Below, one piece after another: positions 23,581 to 37,064 of a DNA stretch of 64,000 nucleotides (the stretch's first letter is position 1; every line of letters begins with the position of its first letter). The notes below the pieces were generated by a model that was not told the origin of the DNA, ran no database searches, and worked only from the letters and a program-made list of their open reading frames with translations. The position numbers were made by a program, and so were the translations under genes. Source of the stretch: Stegostoma tigrinum (taxonomy: Eukaryota); the NCBI RefSeq assembly GCF_030684315.1, contig NC_081361.1, forward strand, positions 74,819,614-74,883,613. Direction: 5' to 3'.

Positions 23581-25022
23581 ACTACTGTATAAACTTATAA
23601 AGAAAGCTCTTGCATCCCCTTTCAAATTAGGAGACCAAAACTAGACACAGTACTCCAGATGTAATCTCATCAACACTCTATACAGCTGTAAAGAAAACCC
23701 CCTACTTTTATATATTATTCTTATTACAATAAGCACCAATGCTTTATTTGTTTTCTGAATTACTTTCTGAAACTGTATACTGGCTTTCTGTGACTCCTTC
23801 GGTACCATTGAGTTCTGCAATCTATCTCCATTTAACTAAAACACCACTTTTCTATTCTGCCTGCCAGTGTGGAAGTTTGCATTTCTCTGTGTTATGCTTT
23901 GAATTTTTGCCCAGTCTCTTAATGCTTTGCAGCCTATAGCTCCTTTAACAACTAGCTTTCCTAGCTATATTCTAAGCAAAATTAACTTGTGTCATCCCAT
24001 CATCAAAGTCATTGATGTAGATTGTAAACAGTTGAGGGCCAAGCAATTATTCCTGTGGTACTCCACTAACCACAGTCTGCCAGTCTGAAAAAAACTAATT
24101 TATCCTACTTTGTTTCCTGTCTAACAACCATTCCTTTTTCACATTACAATGCTGTGCATGCATCACAACCACTTACTTTGTATCACAGCTTGTGATGTGA
24201 CCTTTCACAAAAGACTCTTAGAAATCTCAGCATGCCATGTTTACAAGTTCCCTTTTATCTGCTGTGCTTGTTACTTCTTCAATTTACTCTAGCACAATAG
24301 TTGAACATGATTTATTTTTCACAGAACCATGTTGATTCTGCCAAATTCTGTTATGATTTTCAAATATCCTTCTATAATCATAGCACTGGATTCCAGCAAG
24401 TGAAGTAGTTGCATCATTGGGTTATTGTCCTATATATTCCTGTATTTTGTTTCTTTCCTCCTTATTGTTGCATTTGCTGTTTTCCAGTTTACTGGTATTT
24501 TGCTAGAACCTAAGAAGTTTGGGAGATAATTACATTTTACTGTTAGCTCTGCAGGAATTTCTAAGAATCCAGGTCGGAGGTGATAAAATGGCGACCCCAA
24601 CACTCAGTCCAGCTTAGAATGTGGCGATCAATCCTGGTGGATGTAGCTAGACTTAGTTAACTGTGTGTGAAGCCATACTCTGAGTTATAGTAACCAAAAT
24701 ATGCTGGACCTCCAGGAAAGTAATCCAGTTGTGTGATCTTTTCCTGCTTTTGGTGACACCATGAGGAATGCTTAATTGTTATTAGATGCTTAATTGTGAC
24801 CTTAGATAGATGAATATGCTTTGCATCTCCCATCTTAATAAACATTGAAAATGAAAATACATGACTAGGACGCATCTAGTTTACTTGCTATAATGCATTC
24901 AGTCCACAGTGCTTTCCTTTCTTAATTGTTGTATGGAATTTAAAAATGTACTTTCTTGAGGAGGATGTGAACTTACACACCTTGCTTTCCTTTCTAGAAC
25001 TGATTATTTCTCGGATGCACCA

Positions 25023-26435
25023 ATGGAGATGGCAGTCTATTCATATTCAAGACAATTGTTCAACAGACTGTTCTTTGACAACTTACATTTACACAAGTCC
25101 CATTATCACCACAGTAGGTCCAAGCATATATTACTGTCTCGTCTCTTTCAGCCAATGAATCTCCGTGAGGACAGAACTATTGGGGCTGGCCGGTCCAGCG
25201 AGATTACCTGCAAGAGCCAAAGACTGATGCTTCAGGCGGGTCTTATTCAGCCAGCCAATACAGGCTGTTTTCACTATCTGCCATATACAGTTCGAGCCAT
25301 GGAGAAACTTGTTCGTGTGATTGATAAGGAAATGCAGTCCATTGGGGGTCAAAAGGTGAATATGCCCAGCCTTACCTCAGCAAGTCTGTGGAAGATCAGT
25401 GAACGTTGGGACCTTCTGGGGAAGGAACTATTCAGATTGAAGGATAGGCATAACATGGAATACTGTTTAAGTCCAACCCATGAGGAAGCAGTGACGGAGC
25501 TCATTGCCATGCAGGGTAATCTCTCATACAGACAGCTACCTTTGATGCTTTACCAAGTGACAAGAAAGTTCCGAGATGAGCCAAAGCCACGTTTCGGTTT
25601 GCTCCGTGGACGAGAGTTCTACATGAAGGATATGTACACGTTTGATGTCTCGGAAGAAGCTGCCATGGAGACCTATGACCTTATTTCCCAAGCTTATTGT
25701 CGCATCTTTGACCAGTTGGGATTGCAGTTTGTAAAGGTGCAGGCAGACACTGGCAGCATTGGTGGTAAGGTGTCTCACGAGTTCCAGCTGCCAGCTGACA
25801 TTGGGGAGGATCGCCTTTTAATATGTTCTGACTGCCATTTTGCAGCCAACGTCGAAGCAATGACAGACATTGAAACAAACTGCCCGCAGTGTCATGGAAA
25901 GCTGAAAGAAAGCAAAGGCATTGAGGTGGGACACACTTTTTACCTTGGGACAAAGTATTCAAATATTTTAGGTGCCTCGTATTCCAACACCGAGAATAAG
26001 CCTGTCATAGCCGAAATGGGTTGTTTTGGTCTTGGAGTCACGCGAATACTAGCCGCTGCCATAGAGGTTTTGTCAACGGAAGATGACATTCGCTGGCCGA
26101 GCCTCCTTGCCCCTTACCAAGTTTGCATTGTTCCACCTAAGAAAGGCAGCAAGGAAGAACTGAGCCTAGGTCTATCTGAAACCCTGTATGATACTCTAAT
26201 AGATGCTGTCCCCCAGCTTCGTGGAGAGGTACTCTTGGATGACCGAAGCCACCTGACTATAGGCAAGAGATTGAAAGATGCCAGTCGTCTGGGTTACCCG
26301 TATGTTGTCGTTGCAGGGAAGAGGGTTTTGGAAAATCCACCTGTTTTTGAAGTCAACTGCCAAAATAATGGGAAAACAGTATTCCTCACGCAAGAAGGTG
26401 TCTTGGACTTTTTGAGAAACGTGAAGATTGCTTAG
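25023..26435 (+). CDS. PARS2: Mitochondrial prolyl-tRNA synthetase, single coding exon, 470 aa
   Basis: Class IIa ProRS motifs (PTHEE, QVTRKFRDEPKPRFGLLRGREFYMKDMY, GIEVGHTFYLG, MGCFGLGVTR), basic transit-like N-terminus; acceptor tttctag at 24997; AATAAA 26766. Confidence 0.97.
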   Translation: MEMAVYSYSRQLFNRLFFDNLHLHKSHYHHSRSKHILLSRLFQPMNLREDRTIGAGRSSEITCKSQRLMLQAGLIQPANTGCFHYLPYTVRAMEKLVRVIDKEMQSIGGQKVNMPSLTSASLWKISERWDLLGKELFRLKDRHNMEYCLSPTHEEAVTELIAMQGNLSYRQLPLMLYQVTRKFRDEPKPRFGLLRGREFYMKDMYTFDVSEEAAMETYDLISQAYCRIFDQLGLQFVKVQADTGSIGGKVSHEFQLPADIGEDRLLICSDCHFAANVEAMTDIETNCPQCHGKLKESKGIEVGHTFYLGTKYSNILGASYSNTENKPVIAEMGCFGLGVTRILAAAIEVLSTEDDIRWPSLLAPYQVCIVPPKKGSKEELSLGLSETLYDTLIDAVPQLRGEVLLDDRSHLTIGKRLKDASRLGYPYVVVAGKRVLENPPVFEVNCQNNGKTVFLTQEGVLDFLRNVKIA

Positions 26436-29050
26436 TACATGTCATTGTTTTAGTCTAGGACCGCCTATACTGGTGAAAGTGCTTTGCTGTAGTTTGTAGA
26501 CCCTTGAAATCAGGGTTTTTTGAAAGTGTACAGAAAAGGAAATTGTAACAATGGTATAATTATGCTGTTTCCTTTGTGGCAGGGAACTGTTAAAGATTAT
26601 TAAGCTGTATCAAAAGGAAGTAACGATCAAGATGCTTTTATATGAATTACTAATGGTGAGAGAGACTTAATCAATGTACAGTTTTGGAGAATGCAGTGCA
26701 GCAGTTAAAACTGAAGCTTTGGTATTGCAGACAATGGGATCAGTAACAAAGCAAACCTAAAAAAAAATAAAATTTATACCAAGAATACCTTGTATTACAC
26801 ATAGTACTGTAGTCAGTAATTTATGTATGTCTTGTATGAGAATGATCATGTATCAAATGTGCAGGGTTATTGGGTTACTTTTGCTTTGTTGTTGGAATGA
26901 GCACATTTCTACAATCATGCCTTTATTTTAGACATTTTATTTCAATGCTATTCTGATGTGTTCATTCATTTATATTCTACTGACTGGGAGAGCTATACAA
27001 TTCATATAATGTCTGAATTTGGAGAAGATTGTCTGAGTAAAATGAGGATTTTTTTTAAGGAGTTGCTTGCCTAGTTTTTCTATGTCATTTTTTGGTCAGT
27101 CTTTTAAGGTATTCTAATTGATACACAGCATGTACAGGTCATCTAATCTATAAATGTAATATGACAAGCCCAAGAAAACTAGTCATCTACAGCTCCACCA
27201 AAAATCATCAGATGCTTTGAGGTGTCACTACATTTCAAAAATATTGCTTTGGAAAGTCAACTCAGGCAGTGGGAAAAAAGTTGTGACATCAGACCAGTTG
27301 CCTGTTATTTGGAGTACCTGGGATTTTAATCCCATTGACTGCCCTGGAACTGAAATTCAGGCTCTGCTTATCACATAAACCAATTTTTCCCATTGTGCAC
27401 TGCTGCCTGGGATGGATATCTAGCTACTTGACTAATCTATCAGAAAATAACAATAGTTGAACTATAACTTTACTTCACTTTTTTTTGCTGTGTTATTGTC
27501 TTGTGTGTCATATATTGTATAGTGTCAATGATTATTTGAAGCAAAATCCAGTTTTAGGTTACAAATTCATTCATTTAACTCTTATTCTTTTCACTCTCAC
27601 CCTGACTCATTTTGCAGTTGCAACATTTTGGGGCTAAATTTCCTGTGATGTTTGTCTAGGAAGTAGCACATCATGGGAAATGCAGGCAGGGACCGATGTT
27701 ACCAGGTCTGTGACCTCCTCTTGTCACCCTAATCTTTTCAAGACTTTACTAATGGAGGGGAAGCCTGTATCAAAAAGTGCGTGACAGTAAGGTGAGGGGA
27801 AGCATTCCACGCCCAACATCACATTCCTCAAGCTGTCATCAGAATTGCCTGATTGCATCTTATGTCTTGCCCCCATGTTCTTTGAATCAGAGGATCCTAA
27901 GAATTTAAGTGTTGCCTTTTTCTCCCACCTCTCCAGGGGATCTAGAGTTGTTCTGGTTTGATCTTTTTGAAAACATCCAGAAGCCCATAGAAACATTAGG
28001 CAGGCCCCAGGATATAGATTTCTGAGGAAAAGGAAGGAACAAGAAAGACTTGCAGTCATCTTTCAATACATCAGGAAATCCCAATTTGTTCTACCTATAA
28101 AGTACTTATGAAGTATAGCCCCTAGTGCAATGCAGAATAAGACCTAGTAAGGTCAGGACAACATGATTCATTTTGTATGTCGGTATATACAGTTATCAAA
28201 ACTGAATTGGGTGGGTTAGAGATGAAGAAATTTTGGAGCCATTATTTCTTGCCTGGGTAGGCAGGAGATTGCTGATTAACTTTTGTCCCCTGACTGAATG
28301 ATAGCAATAGATTGATCTGGCTGATTTTGTCCATGTTGTGGGGTCAGACAAATCGCCTGCCAGCAATAAGTGACTCCACAATAACTGCTGAGGATGGAGA
28401 CACACTGCAGGCAGCCATTTTCTGTAATTCTGCAGTGCACTTCTTGAAGCTCCAACAGTGCTTAAAATTCAGGAATCAAGGATGAGAGGTTAGCTAAGAT
28501 ATCTGATCAGCAGGTTGAAGCCATTGCACTTAATGATTTCAGTGGTCCACCACACATGCCTCTGCTTGAAGAAAATCTACTGATAAAAGCAGCTGATCTG
28601 CTATTTGGCACTAAAAACGACAAGGGGAGAAAGTGCTGCGTTTTCTAGTGGCCCAACACGCCTTCCGTATCACAACATGGCTTGGGTTGTCCGTCACATG
28701 CAGGGCTTGACCACAATATTGAGTGTGCAGGAATGGGAATTGTGTTGTGCTCATGGAGAGCTGGCCAAAAATAGTAAGAGACAGAAAAGAAAAAGGAGTA
28801 TGCCTTAAAAATGGAGAAATGGGTGGAAAGAGAGAGTAGAGACTAGTAGAAAGAACAGAATTGAGGAAACTGAAGTTAGTGTCATTCAACAACTCAGAGT
28901 ACAGATTTCATTGGAAGACTCTTTAGTATAAAGAGTAAAGAATGCAAATTCTGAAACCTTGAACAAAATAAGGGAGCACTAGAAACACACAAATTCCGTC
29001 TGCATCTGTTTAGTGAATAGACAATTTTTTTGTAAATGCCCATGAAAAGA

Positions 29051-29347
29051 GCGAGTTTTGAGAAGATTTGTAGCTCAGGTTGAGGTTCTGGATGTGAGTT
29101 TGCTCGCTGAGCTGGAAGGTTAGTTTTCAGACGTTTCGTCACCATTCTAGGTAACATCATCAGTGAGCCTCCGACGAAGCGCTGGTGTTATGTCCCGCTT
29201 TCTAACCCAAGGAAACCTAACCAGATAAATAGAAAGCGGGACATAACACCAGCGCTTCGTCGGAGGCTCACTGATGATGTTACCTAGAATGGTGACGAAA
29301 CATCTGAAAACTAACCTTCCAGCTCAGCGAGCAAACTCACATCCAGA
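29051..29347. mobile_element. Palindromic Penelope/Poseidon-type PLE mini-element (family B)
   Basis: 118-bp arms 29087-29204 and 29230-29347 with one mismatch; same terminus as the 38911-40065 element; TSD gccc(a/t)tgaaaaga (29038-29050, 29348-29360). Confidence 0.9.
29127..29166 (-). ncRNA. Minimal type I hammerhead ribozyme motif (family B)
   Basis: UCA-CUGAUGA-U-GUUACC(UAGAAU)GGUGAC-GAAAC-GUC-UGA; mirror copy on + at 29268-29307 has GUC>AUC. Confidence 0.8.
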
Positions 29348-30839
29348 GCCCTTGAAAAGAATTGAAATTTTTCATGCCATTTGTCACATGAAATGTGCCC
29401 CAATCATGGAGAAGTGACCTGAGAACATTTACACCTACTAGTCTGCCTTAGGAAGGTCCTGTGTATCAGCAGGTAGCATACCTCCCTCTAAACCAAAGCT
29501 CCAGTTTCAAGTCTGTCTCTAGGACTTCATTCCCAAGAAAGGTGCCCTAACAAGTTGAGTAACAACTTGTATTTCCTTCCAATAAACACAAATGGCAAAT
29601 GGTAAGAACTGGAGAGATTCCTGGTCAGCCATATGATGGAAAGAAATGGAAAGCCTTTATAATTCTTCAGAGTTCTAGGCTACATGGATGTAAAAATGTT
29701 TATTGCCACAACAGCACAAATTGATTCAGTTGGCTGGACAGCTGGTGTGGACCAGGTTGTTGTCAACTGCAGGGGGTTTCATCCATCTGGTGTGGTCCTG
29801 CTTCTTTGCCCTATTCACAGATGAAATTATGGTGCTGGGAGTCAGACCTGGCTCTGACTGGAGATCCAAAGAAGAAAAAGACTGAAGTGGTTCATGTCCG
29901 TTTGAGGTAGGAAGCATATATATATCCAATTGTCTCCTGTTTTGTCGAGCCAGGGATAAGGCCATGACAAGATTTGCACTATTAAAAATTTTATTTGGAG
30001 GTGTTAGAATGCAAACCTAGAGATCAGCAATGACAGGGCTATTGGGTAGATGGGTCTTTTGTTATAGAGGTGCAGTAAAGATGCAGAACTTGTGCCATCA
30101 GTACACATGATGGAGTTCAAGGCCTTTTGCAGTGCAATGTTAGTGTGCCTGCATCTGAGCCAGAAAGTGCGATTTCAAGTCACACTTGGGCCAGAGGTGT
30201 GCCAATGACTGACCGAATCGGTTGACTAAAAATGATTAAAATGAACATGTAGCAGGAAATGCTGTGTGAAATTTCATCCTCCATCTGTTGAACAGTCACC
30301 ACAGCACATTACATGTAATGGACCTGTATCCCTCCTGGCACCAGCCCCGTGACATCTTCCGTGGAGTTTTTAACTACCTCTTTGACTCTAATAATTCAAT
30401 TACTGATGATGCCCTTTACGTATCCACGGAATACAGTTGCCACTCTGGCTGGTTATATTCCTGCAGCTGTCATTACAAGACTTTCTACTTTTAACTTCCC
30501 CTCCCCCAGACTCCTGCCTTTGGTCACACAGCGTGGCCATCATCATGGAACCTGATTTAGCCATGGCTTTTAGGTGTCCCTTTTTTTTTACTTTTGATAG
30601 GCTGCTCACTTAAAATGATCACATCTAATTTTACTGTATAACAAGCAATGGATTTATTTTATTTTTAACAATACCCTAGTACTTTGGAGAATTCAGTACG
30701 CCCTACCCGATGGCATAAAAACTGTGCACAGCATCGATTTAGCTCTGTCGTCCCTTTTAAATAGCTAGTATCCAAAACGCAGTGCCACAGATTTCACTTC
30801 GATACAGAGGTTTACATTTCAGATAGCTCCACCGTCAGT

Positions 30840-30955
30840 ATAATGGTTAGGCGGAAGTGTTTTGGGACTGGGGGACGATTTGCAGTGGTGCAGCCGGAAA
30901 CATGTGTTTGCTGAATGTAACAAATCGCCGAGTGTATCAATTGTGAGTGGGCAGC
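30840..30955 (+). promoter_or_regulatory. TTC4 proximal promoter / 5' UTR
   Basis: ETS-type gcggaagt (~30851) and ccggaa (~30894) just upstream of the ATG; CpG enrichment. Confidence 0.55.
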
Positions 30956-31051
30956 ATGGCATCGTCGGGGGACGATGGCATGGATGCGCTGTACGATCAC
31001 TTCAAGGAGAAGAAGTATAAAGGAGGCTTCAACGAAGATAACTGGGAAGAG
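30956..31051 (+). CDS. TTC4: TTC4 exon 1 (Hsp70/Hsp90 co-chaperone, CNS1 homolog)
   Basis: agcATGG; MASSGDDGMDALYDHFKEKKYKGGFNEDNWEE|gtgaga; the 10 exons sum to 1167 nt = 388 aa + stop. Confidence 0.92.
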
Positions 31052-31654
31052 GTGAGATTTGGAGGGCTTCCCAGAAATCGGTGGGGGTGGGGAAACTGCT
31101 GTGAATATTTTGGAAATGTTGCTTTTCCCGACTCGCAACTCGCAGGGAAGAAAGAGCAAGCGGGGCAGATAGCAGTAATTAGATAAATTGCCTGGAAATA
31201 CCGGCATTTGAGGAGTAACAAACTGCTGTAATTATGTGAATGTTACGTGATAATAACATTTGTAGCTTGCCTGGGATCCACTAGCTAAGATACCTCGCGG
31301 TCAGACTGAAGTTATATTTCATCTATTTTTAAAATTCATTTCCAACTGCTGATCACTCAACCTCCTTTCCTAGTTCCCAGACTGTCTGGCATTTTAATTC
31401 TCTGTGCTGAGAAATTGCCCTGGCTCTCTTTAAAAACCTGTCATCACCCCCACCCCAACTTCCAGTTCTCCTCCTGACACGTTGGAATGCTAAAATCCAC
31501 GACAATGTTTCCAGTCACTCCCGGTTTGAAATTTCCAGATCAGATTTCCAACTCTGATCAAATTTCCGCGGTGGTGCTGCAAATTGTTCATCCCAAATTA
31601 TTTTGGCTATAACCTGTACCACAATGAATTTCTCTGCTCGGTATCCATGTCAGA

Positions 31655-32110
31655 TTTACCAGGATGCTGCTCAGGCTGGAGAGTTTTAATTATGAAGAGA
31701 AAGTTAATAGACTGGAATTGTTTTTCTTGGAGCAGAAGAGTCTAAGGCAGAGGGGGGTGGAGAGTAGAGCATGATTGAGATCTAGAAAATTATGAGGGGC
31801 ATAGATGGGGTAAACACAAGGAAGTTTTGCCCTTGATAAAAAAAATCACTGGGAGTGTATAGATTGAAGATAAGGGGCAGAAGGTTTCAAGGGGATGTCA
31901 GCAAAAGATTTTTTTCGCCTAGAAGGTGGTGGAAATCTGGAACTTAACGTCTGTAAATGTGGTAAAAGCAGAAACTCTCAACGTTTAAGAAGTATTTAGC
32001 CTTGACATTACCAGTGCATATCTGTGGGCCAAGTGCTGAAAAATAGTTTGGTGCTTGTTTTGACTGGCACAGACTTGAGCCAAAAGGGCGTTTTTCTGTG
32101 CTGCAAACCA
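31655..32110 (+). mobile_element. CR1 LINE 3' fragment, decayed
   Basis: agatttaccaggatgctg...gagcagaagag...ggaaatctggaac pattern of the CR1 ORF2 end. Confidence 0.7.
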
Positions 32111-32957
32111 CTATGATCTCCTGCATTCATATACATAATGTGGATCAAATTTACTCCAACAGTACCTGCTCTCCATTATCCAGCTCGATGGAACTGCTCA
32201 TTTTTGGTTTCAGTCCAAACAGGTTCTTCTGTATGTGTTGTGTTACTTCTGTTGTACATCAATTATCTACAAACAGCCCCTTTCTTTGGCTATTGACATA
32301 TTTGGCTATTGACATAGATCAGCTTTCGCGTATATGCTGGTGGCACCTTAACACTCTTAACATCTCTTTTGATCACCATTGTTGCTTTTCTACTTACCTG
32401 GATGCAGTCTTTTAGTTAAATGTTGAGAAAACTTAAGCTAATTTCTTTGCCCTTAAACCTATACAGATGTACACGTACGTATGCAATTCTAGAGAATTGA
32501 TCTTCATATTAAATCTTAGTATGGAAAGACACCTTTCATTTTACCTCAAATTATTTCAAAACATAATTATATTAAAGAAACTTTCCATTATTGATGCAGG
32601 CCAATAAATCACCCTTTGATTTTATGAAGATTTATGCTGATTTTATGAAGAACTTGCGAATTATATCATTATTAATTTCTCATCTTGCTCATTAAGGAAC
32701 AATCAGGTACCAGAAAAGATGAGCAGGAGCAAACTGAGATAGAAAAGGGCTAGATCATGACTGTAGTATTGAAGATCCAATAGCAACAGGCTTTAATGAA
32801 CATGACTATGTACAGAAGATGGTAAGAGATCTTATCTGGAGCCTCGTCTTATCTGGAGCCTTGTAGACACATGTTCATTAGCTGTACTTCGGGTAAAGGC
32901 ATAATTTCCATTATAATCTAAATGCTGACCATGTTTTTACTTTTTATTCTTGCCAAG

Positions 32958-33075
32958 GAATTTGAAAAGATTCCAATGTTTATGAAAAAGCCACCTGAAG
33001 AACTTGATCCTTTGAAACATCCAGAACTTGCCTGCATCCAGTCAATGTTGTATGATGAAGATCAATCTCCAGAAG
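32958..33075 (+). CDS. TTC4: TTC4 exon 2
   Basis: aag|GAA...G|gtac; EFEKIPMFMKKPPEELDPLKHPELACIQSMLYDEDQSPE. Confidence 0.93.
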
Positions 33076-33783
33076 GTACCGAAATTCAACCAAAACACAT
33101 TTAAATTGGTAGATTTTCATTTTGCAAACAAGTAGCTGGCTTCCTGCTGATTTCTTGTTCTGAGAATTCAGTGGAATGAAATTTTCTGGCTTTGACTGGG
33201 TTTTATTTATTTTTTCCATGGAATGTGTGTGTTATCAGCAAGGCTAGCATCTTTTGCCTGAATGGCTTGCGAGGGCATTTTGGAGGGAAGAGTCAACCAC
33301 TCGGTAGTGGATATGGAATCACATATTGGTCTAACTGGATAAGGTTGGCCGATTAAGAGCAATTGTGTCCTGTTATAAAGTCATTGATCTGAACCAGAAG
33401 CTGTTAGTGCTGCCTGACCACCTGAATTTTCCCAGCTTCTTCTGTTCGTAATTTCAGTCTTCTGGCACTTTGCTTTGGTTTGTAAGGATAGTAGATTTCC
33501 TTTCCCAAATGACATTAGTGAATCAGATGCATTTTTGCAACAATTGATGATTGTTGTCATGTTAGTTGCTGCAGGGGGATTTGAAATCATATCCCAGAAC
33601 ATTAGTTTGGGCATTTTGATTACTGGTCCAGTGACATTACCACTATGTTGCTATCTCCACATCTACATGTTATCATTTATAAAAGTGTTAGATTATAATA
33701 CAGTCAGTACTCTACAATGCATTGTTTTAGCCTGATTCCATCTTTATTTTCAGAAGAATACAAAAAAGATAGTAATCCTGTGA

Positions 33784-33940
33784 TAATAAAATGTGAGGCT
33801 GGATGAACACTGCAGGCCCAGCAGCATCTCAGGAGCACAGGAGCTTTTGTGCTCCTGAGATGCTGCTTGGCCTGCTGTGTTCATCCAGCCTCACATTTTA
33901 TTATCTTGGATTCTCCAGCATCTGCAGTTCCCATTATCAC
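33784..33940. mobile_element. Palindromic family A mini-element lacking the hammerhead core
   Basis: Inverted termini; TSD tagtaatcctgtga (33770-33783, 33941-33954). Confidence 0.88.
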
Positions 33941-34223
33941 TAGTAATCCTGTGAAATGGTTTCTAAATTACCAATTGAATATATGTTTATTCACTGATGT
34001 CATCAGTATTGGAGCTACTGAAACTGTTCATGGGAAAATCACTGGGGAGAAACTTATTGCCACTTTCCGAAAATAATGCTGCAATTTGTGGTTTAATGCC
34101 TTTTGAAACGAATTGACCATCCTTAGAAGATTAAATGATAAATCACATTTTTATATCAGGCTGGATGAATATAACTGCTTATGGGTTATGTTAAACATTT
34201 TCCTTTTAAATTATGTTTTACAG

Positions 34224-34385
34224 AGCTTGCAAAAACATACAAAAATGAAGGGAATCATTACTTCAAGGAAAAGAATTATAAGAAAGCCATCATCTCTTAC
34301 ACAGAAGGGCTGAAGAGAAAATGCAATGACTGTGAGCTGAATGTCATACTCCATACAAACAGAGCAGCAGCACAATTTTATTTAG
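34224..34385 (+). CDS. TTC4: TTC4 exon 3 (TPR)
   Basis: tttacag|AG...G|gtatg; LAKTYKNEGNHYFKEKNYKKAIISYTEGL...TNRAAAQFYL. Confidence 0.95.
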
Positions 34386-34891
34386 GTATGGCTGGTTGGT
34401 ACTTGACAATTCTGGAACTGGGATGTTTAGGAAGTCAGCATTAAGGATTGTCTGAACCAGTGTCAGACAATGGGACAAGTCTCTCAAAGTGAATGAGTCT
34501 CTTCAGCATAAGCATCTTAAGTGAATTGAGTATCAGGCTGTCTGAATCCCAAATAATCTTGCTTGAGGGACTAGAAGGATTGCTGGTGTGTTTAATTGAA
34601 ATGTCACATTGCATTTTTGCATGTGTTCTTAAGTGAAACACAACAATTAAAGATATTGTTGTGTCATTAGATCAACTAAACAAATAGTTATAGGCTGGAA
34701 ACTAATATAATTAGAAGAAAAGAAAATATAAATTAAAGGGAAAAAAAATCATATTAGTAGTCAAGGAGCACCTTCCTTCACATTCAAGTATACAGAGGTA
34801 ATGCTGGCTATTAAGCGTGGAACTGACAAATATGACGAACAGAAAAGTAAATTTGTTCCTGCACCCTCACTTTTAATATGCTTTATTCAAG

Positions 34892-34969
34892 GTAATAATC
34901 GATCTGCACTAAATGATGTGATTGCAGCTAGGAAACTGAAACCAAACCATTTGAAAGCAATTATTAGAG
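34892..34969 (+). CDS. TTC4: TTC4 exon 4
   Basis: caag|GT...G|gtaag; NNRSALNDVIAARKLKPNHLKAIIR. Confidence 0.93.
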
Positions 34970-35465
34970 GTAAGACTGCAGAAACATTTGTTTCCCCTCC
35001 TTTCTAGGGGGTTATATGGTCCATTCCCTGCTAAATCTCTTTGAGTTGTTGTGTGGTACGGCTAGGTGCAACTAGACCGTCCTTTATTCTACCCACCACT
35101 TCACCCAGCTTTTAGGAAATCTGTAAGGAGGGTTTGAAGGTCAGAATCCCTATTTCTGAACCAGATCAGACAAAAAGTTCCCACTTCACTTTAAGGGAAT
35201 TTTCTAGCTGAGTATCCAAGGCAGAAGCTTTCTCAGCTGAAGTGATCAGGTCCAAAGTGGTACATCATGCAGGCGACACCTGCTTGGATCAGCACCAAAA
35301 CCACATCTTTCTTTTGCAGCAGTAACTGCTGTATTTCAAGGTTAAAAAGTCTGAAAGTCACTGACAGCTACTGTGATAAGATAGATGAGGAGGTAGGGAC
35401 CAGTTGTGCAAAGATATGTGGGCTGTTCAGGTGCTGGGTAGGGTAACAGGGTTAGATAGGTGGTG

Positions 35466-36643
35466 AGAGGAGATAATGGAAACTGCAGATGCTGGAGAAT
35501 CCGAGATAACAAAGTGTGGAGCTGGATGAACACAGCAGGCCAAGCAGCATTTTAGGAGCACAAAAGCTGACGTTTCGGGCCTAGACCCTTCATCAGAAAA
35601 GGGCAATGGGGAGAGGATTCTGAAATAAATAGGGACAGAAGGGGAGGCGGACCGAAGATGGATAGAGGAGAGTATGGGTGGGGAGGTAGGGAGGGGGTAG
35701 GTCAGTCTGGGGAGGACGGACAGGTCAAAGGGGCAGGATGAGATTAGGTAGGAAATGGAGGTGCGGCTTGAGGTGGGAGGAGGGTTAGGTGAGAGGAAGA
35801 ACAGATTATGCAGGCGGGGATGAGCTGGGCTGGGTCACCTGCACATCCGCCAATGTGGTATACTGCATCCACTATACCCGATGTGGCTTCCTCTACATTG
35901 GGGAAACCAAGTGGAGGCTTGGTGACCGCTTTGCAGAACACCTTTGCTCGGTTCACAATAAACAACTGCACTTCCCAGTCGCGAACCATTTCAACTCCCC
36001 CTCCCATTTCTTAGACGACATGTCCGTCCTGGGCCTCCTGCAGTGCCACAATGATGCCACCCGAAGGTTGCAGGAACAGCAATTCATATTCCGCTTGGGA
36101 ACCCTGCAGCCCAATGGTATCAATGTGGACTTCACAAGCTTCAAAATCGCCCCTCCCCCCACTGCATCCCAAAACCAGCCCAGCTCATCCCCGCCTCCTA
36201 ACCTGTTCTTCCTCTCACCTATCCCCTCCTCCCACTTCAAGCCGCACCTCCATTTCCTACCTACTAACCTCATCCCGCCTCCTTGACCTGTCCGTCCTCC
36301 CCGAACTGATCTATTCCCTCCCTACCTCCTCACCCATACTTTCCTCTCCACCTATCTTCTCCTCTATCCATCTTCATTCCGCCTCCACCTCTCTCCCTAT
36401 TTATTTCAGAATCCTCTCCCCATTCCCCTTTAATGATGAAGGGTCTAGGCCCGAAACGTCAGCTTTCCTGCTCGGCCTGCTGCGTTCATCCAGCCTCAGG
36501 ATTAGGCCCGGAACGTCACCTTTTTTTGCTTGGCCTGCTGTGTTCATCCAGCTCCACACTTTGTTATCAAGGAATTGGAGTGAGTTGAACACATTGTTCT
36601 GTCATTCTCTCATTCCACTCATTTAATCTGCATTGTTATCTTC
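35466..36643. mobile_element. Neptune PLE fragment: inverted 3' end joined to a sense GIY-YIG fragment and terminus
   Basis: 35466-35834 antisense, ~35835-36500 sense (NVVYCIH..FLYIGETK); intact minus-strand hammerhead 35567-35597; short flanking repeat ggtggtg (35459, 36644). Confidence 0.9.
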
Positions 36644-37064
36644 GGTGGTGTACAGGTAGGGATTAGGGTGGGGGTGAGTGGTATGGAGTTCTAAATAAGT
36701 GGATGGGTATCTGGGAGGGAGTTGAGGGCTGTCTGCTTGTTTCCATCTGGTGGGGTGGGGTCGGGTAGTGGGGAGGATTCATGCAAATTGGTTTAGCGGT
36801 CACGGGGGGAGTTTGGTTGTCTGAGGATTGCTGTCGGGGCGGGGGGCTGTTTTGTGGTCTGTAGAGGTGTTGCGATTGAGAGGGGTGGAGGGAGTCCTAT
36901 GGCTGTCAGGTGTCCAGGGTCACGGAGGGGGAGGTTGGGGTCTATTTGTTGGGTATCTGGATTGAGGGGAGACGTTGATATTCACAAATGGTTTGGTATT
37001 GGGAGTTTGGGGGAAGTGGTGATGGGAATCTGAGATAAGTTGAACAGGGAGGGATAGTTTTATG

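Noticed and set aside
25820-25900. Two CxxC pairs and no editing domain in PARS2
   Set aside because: As recalled, this is the normal architecture of vertebrate mitochondrial ProRS
11390-33940. Recurrent ORF start MLLRCCLACCVHPASHFIIL as a peptide family
   Set aside because: Chance translation of the non-coding family A PLE terminus
36650-37060. G-rich strand-skewed tract
   Set aside because: Low complexity with no periodicity or ORF; probably decayed repeat
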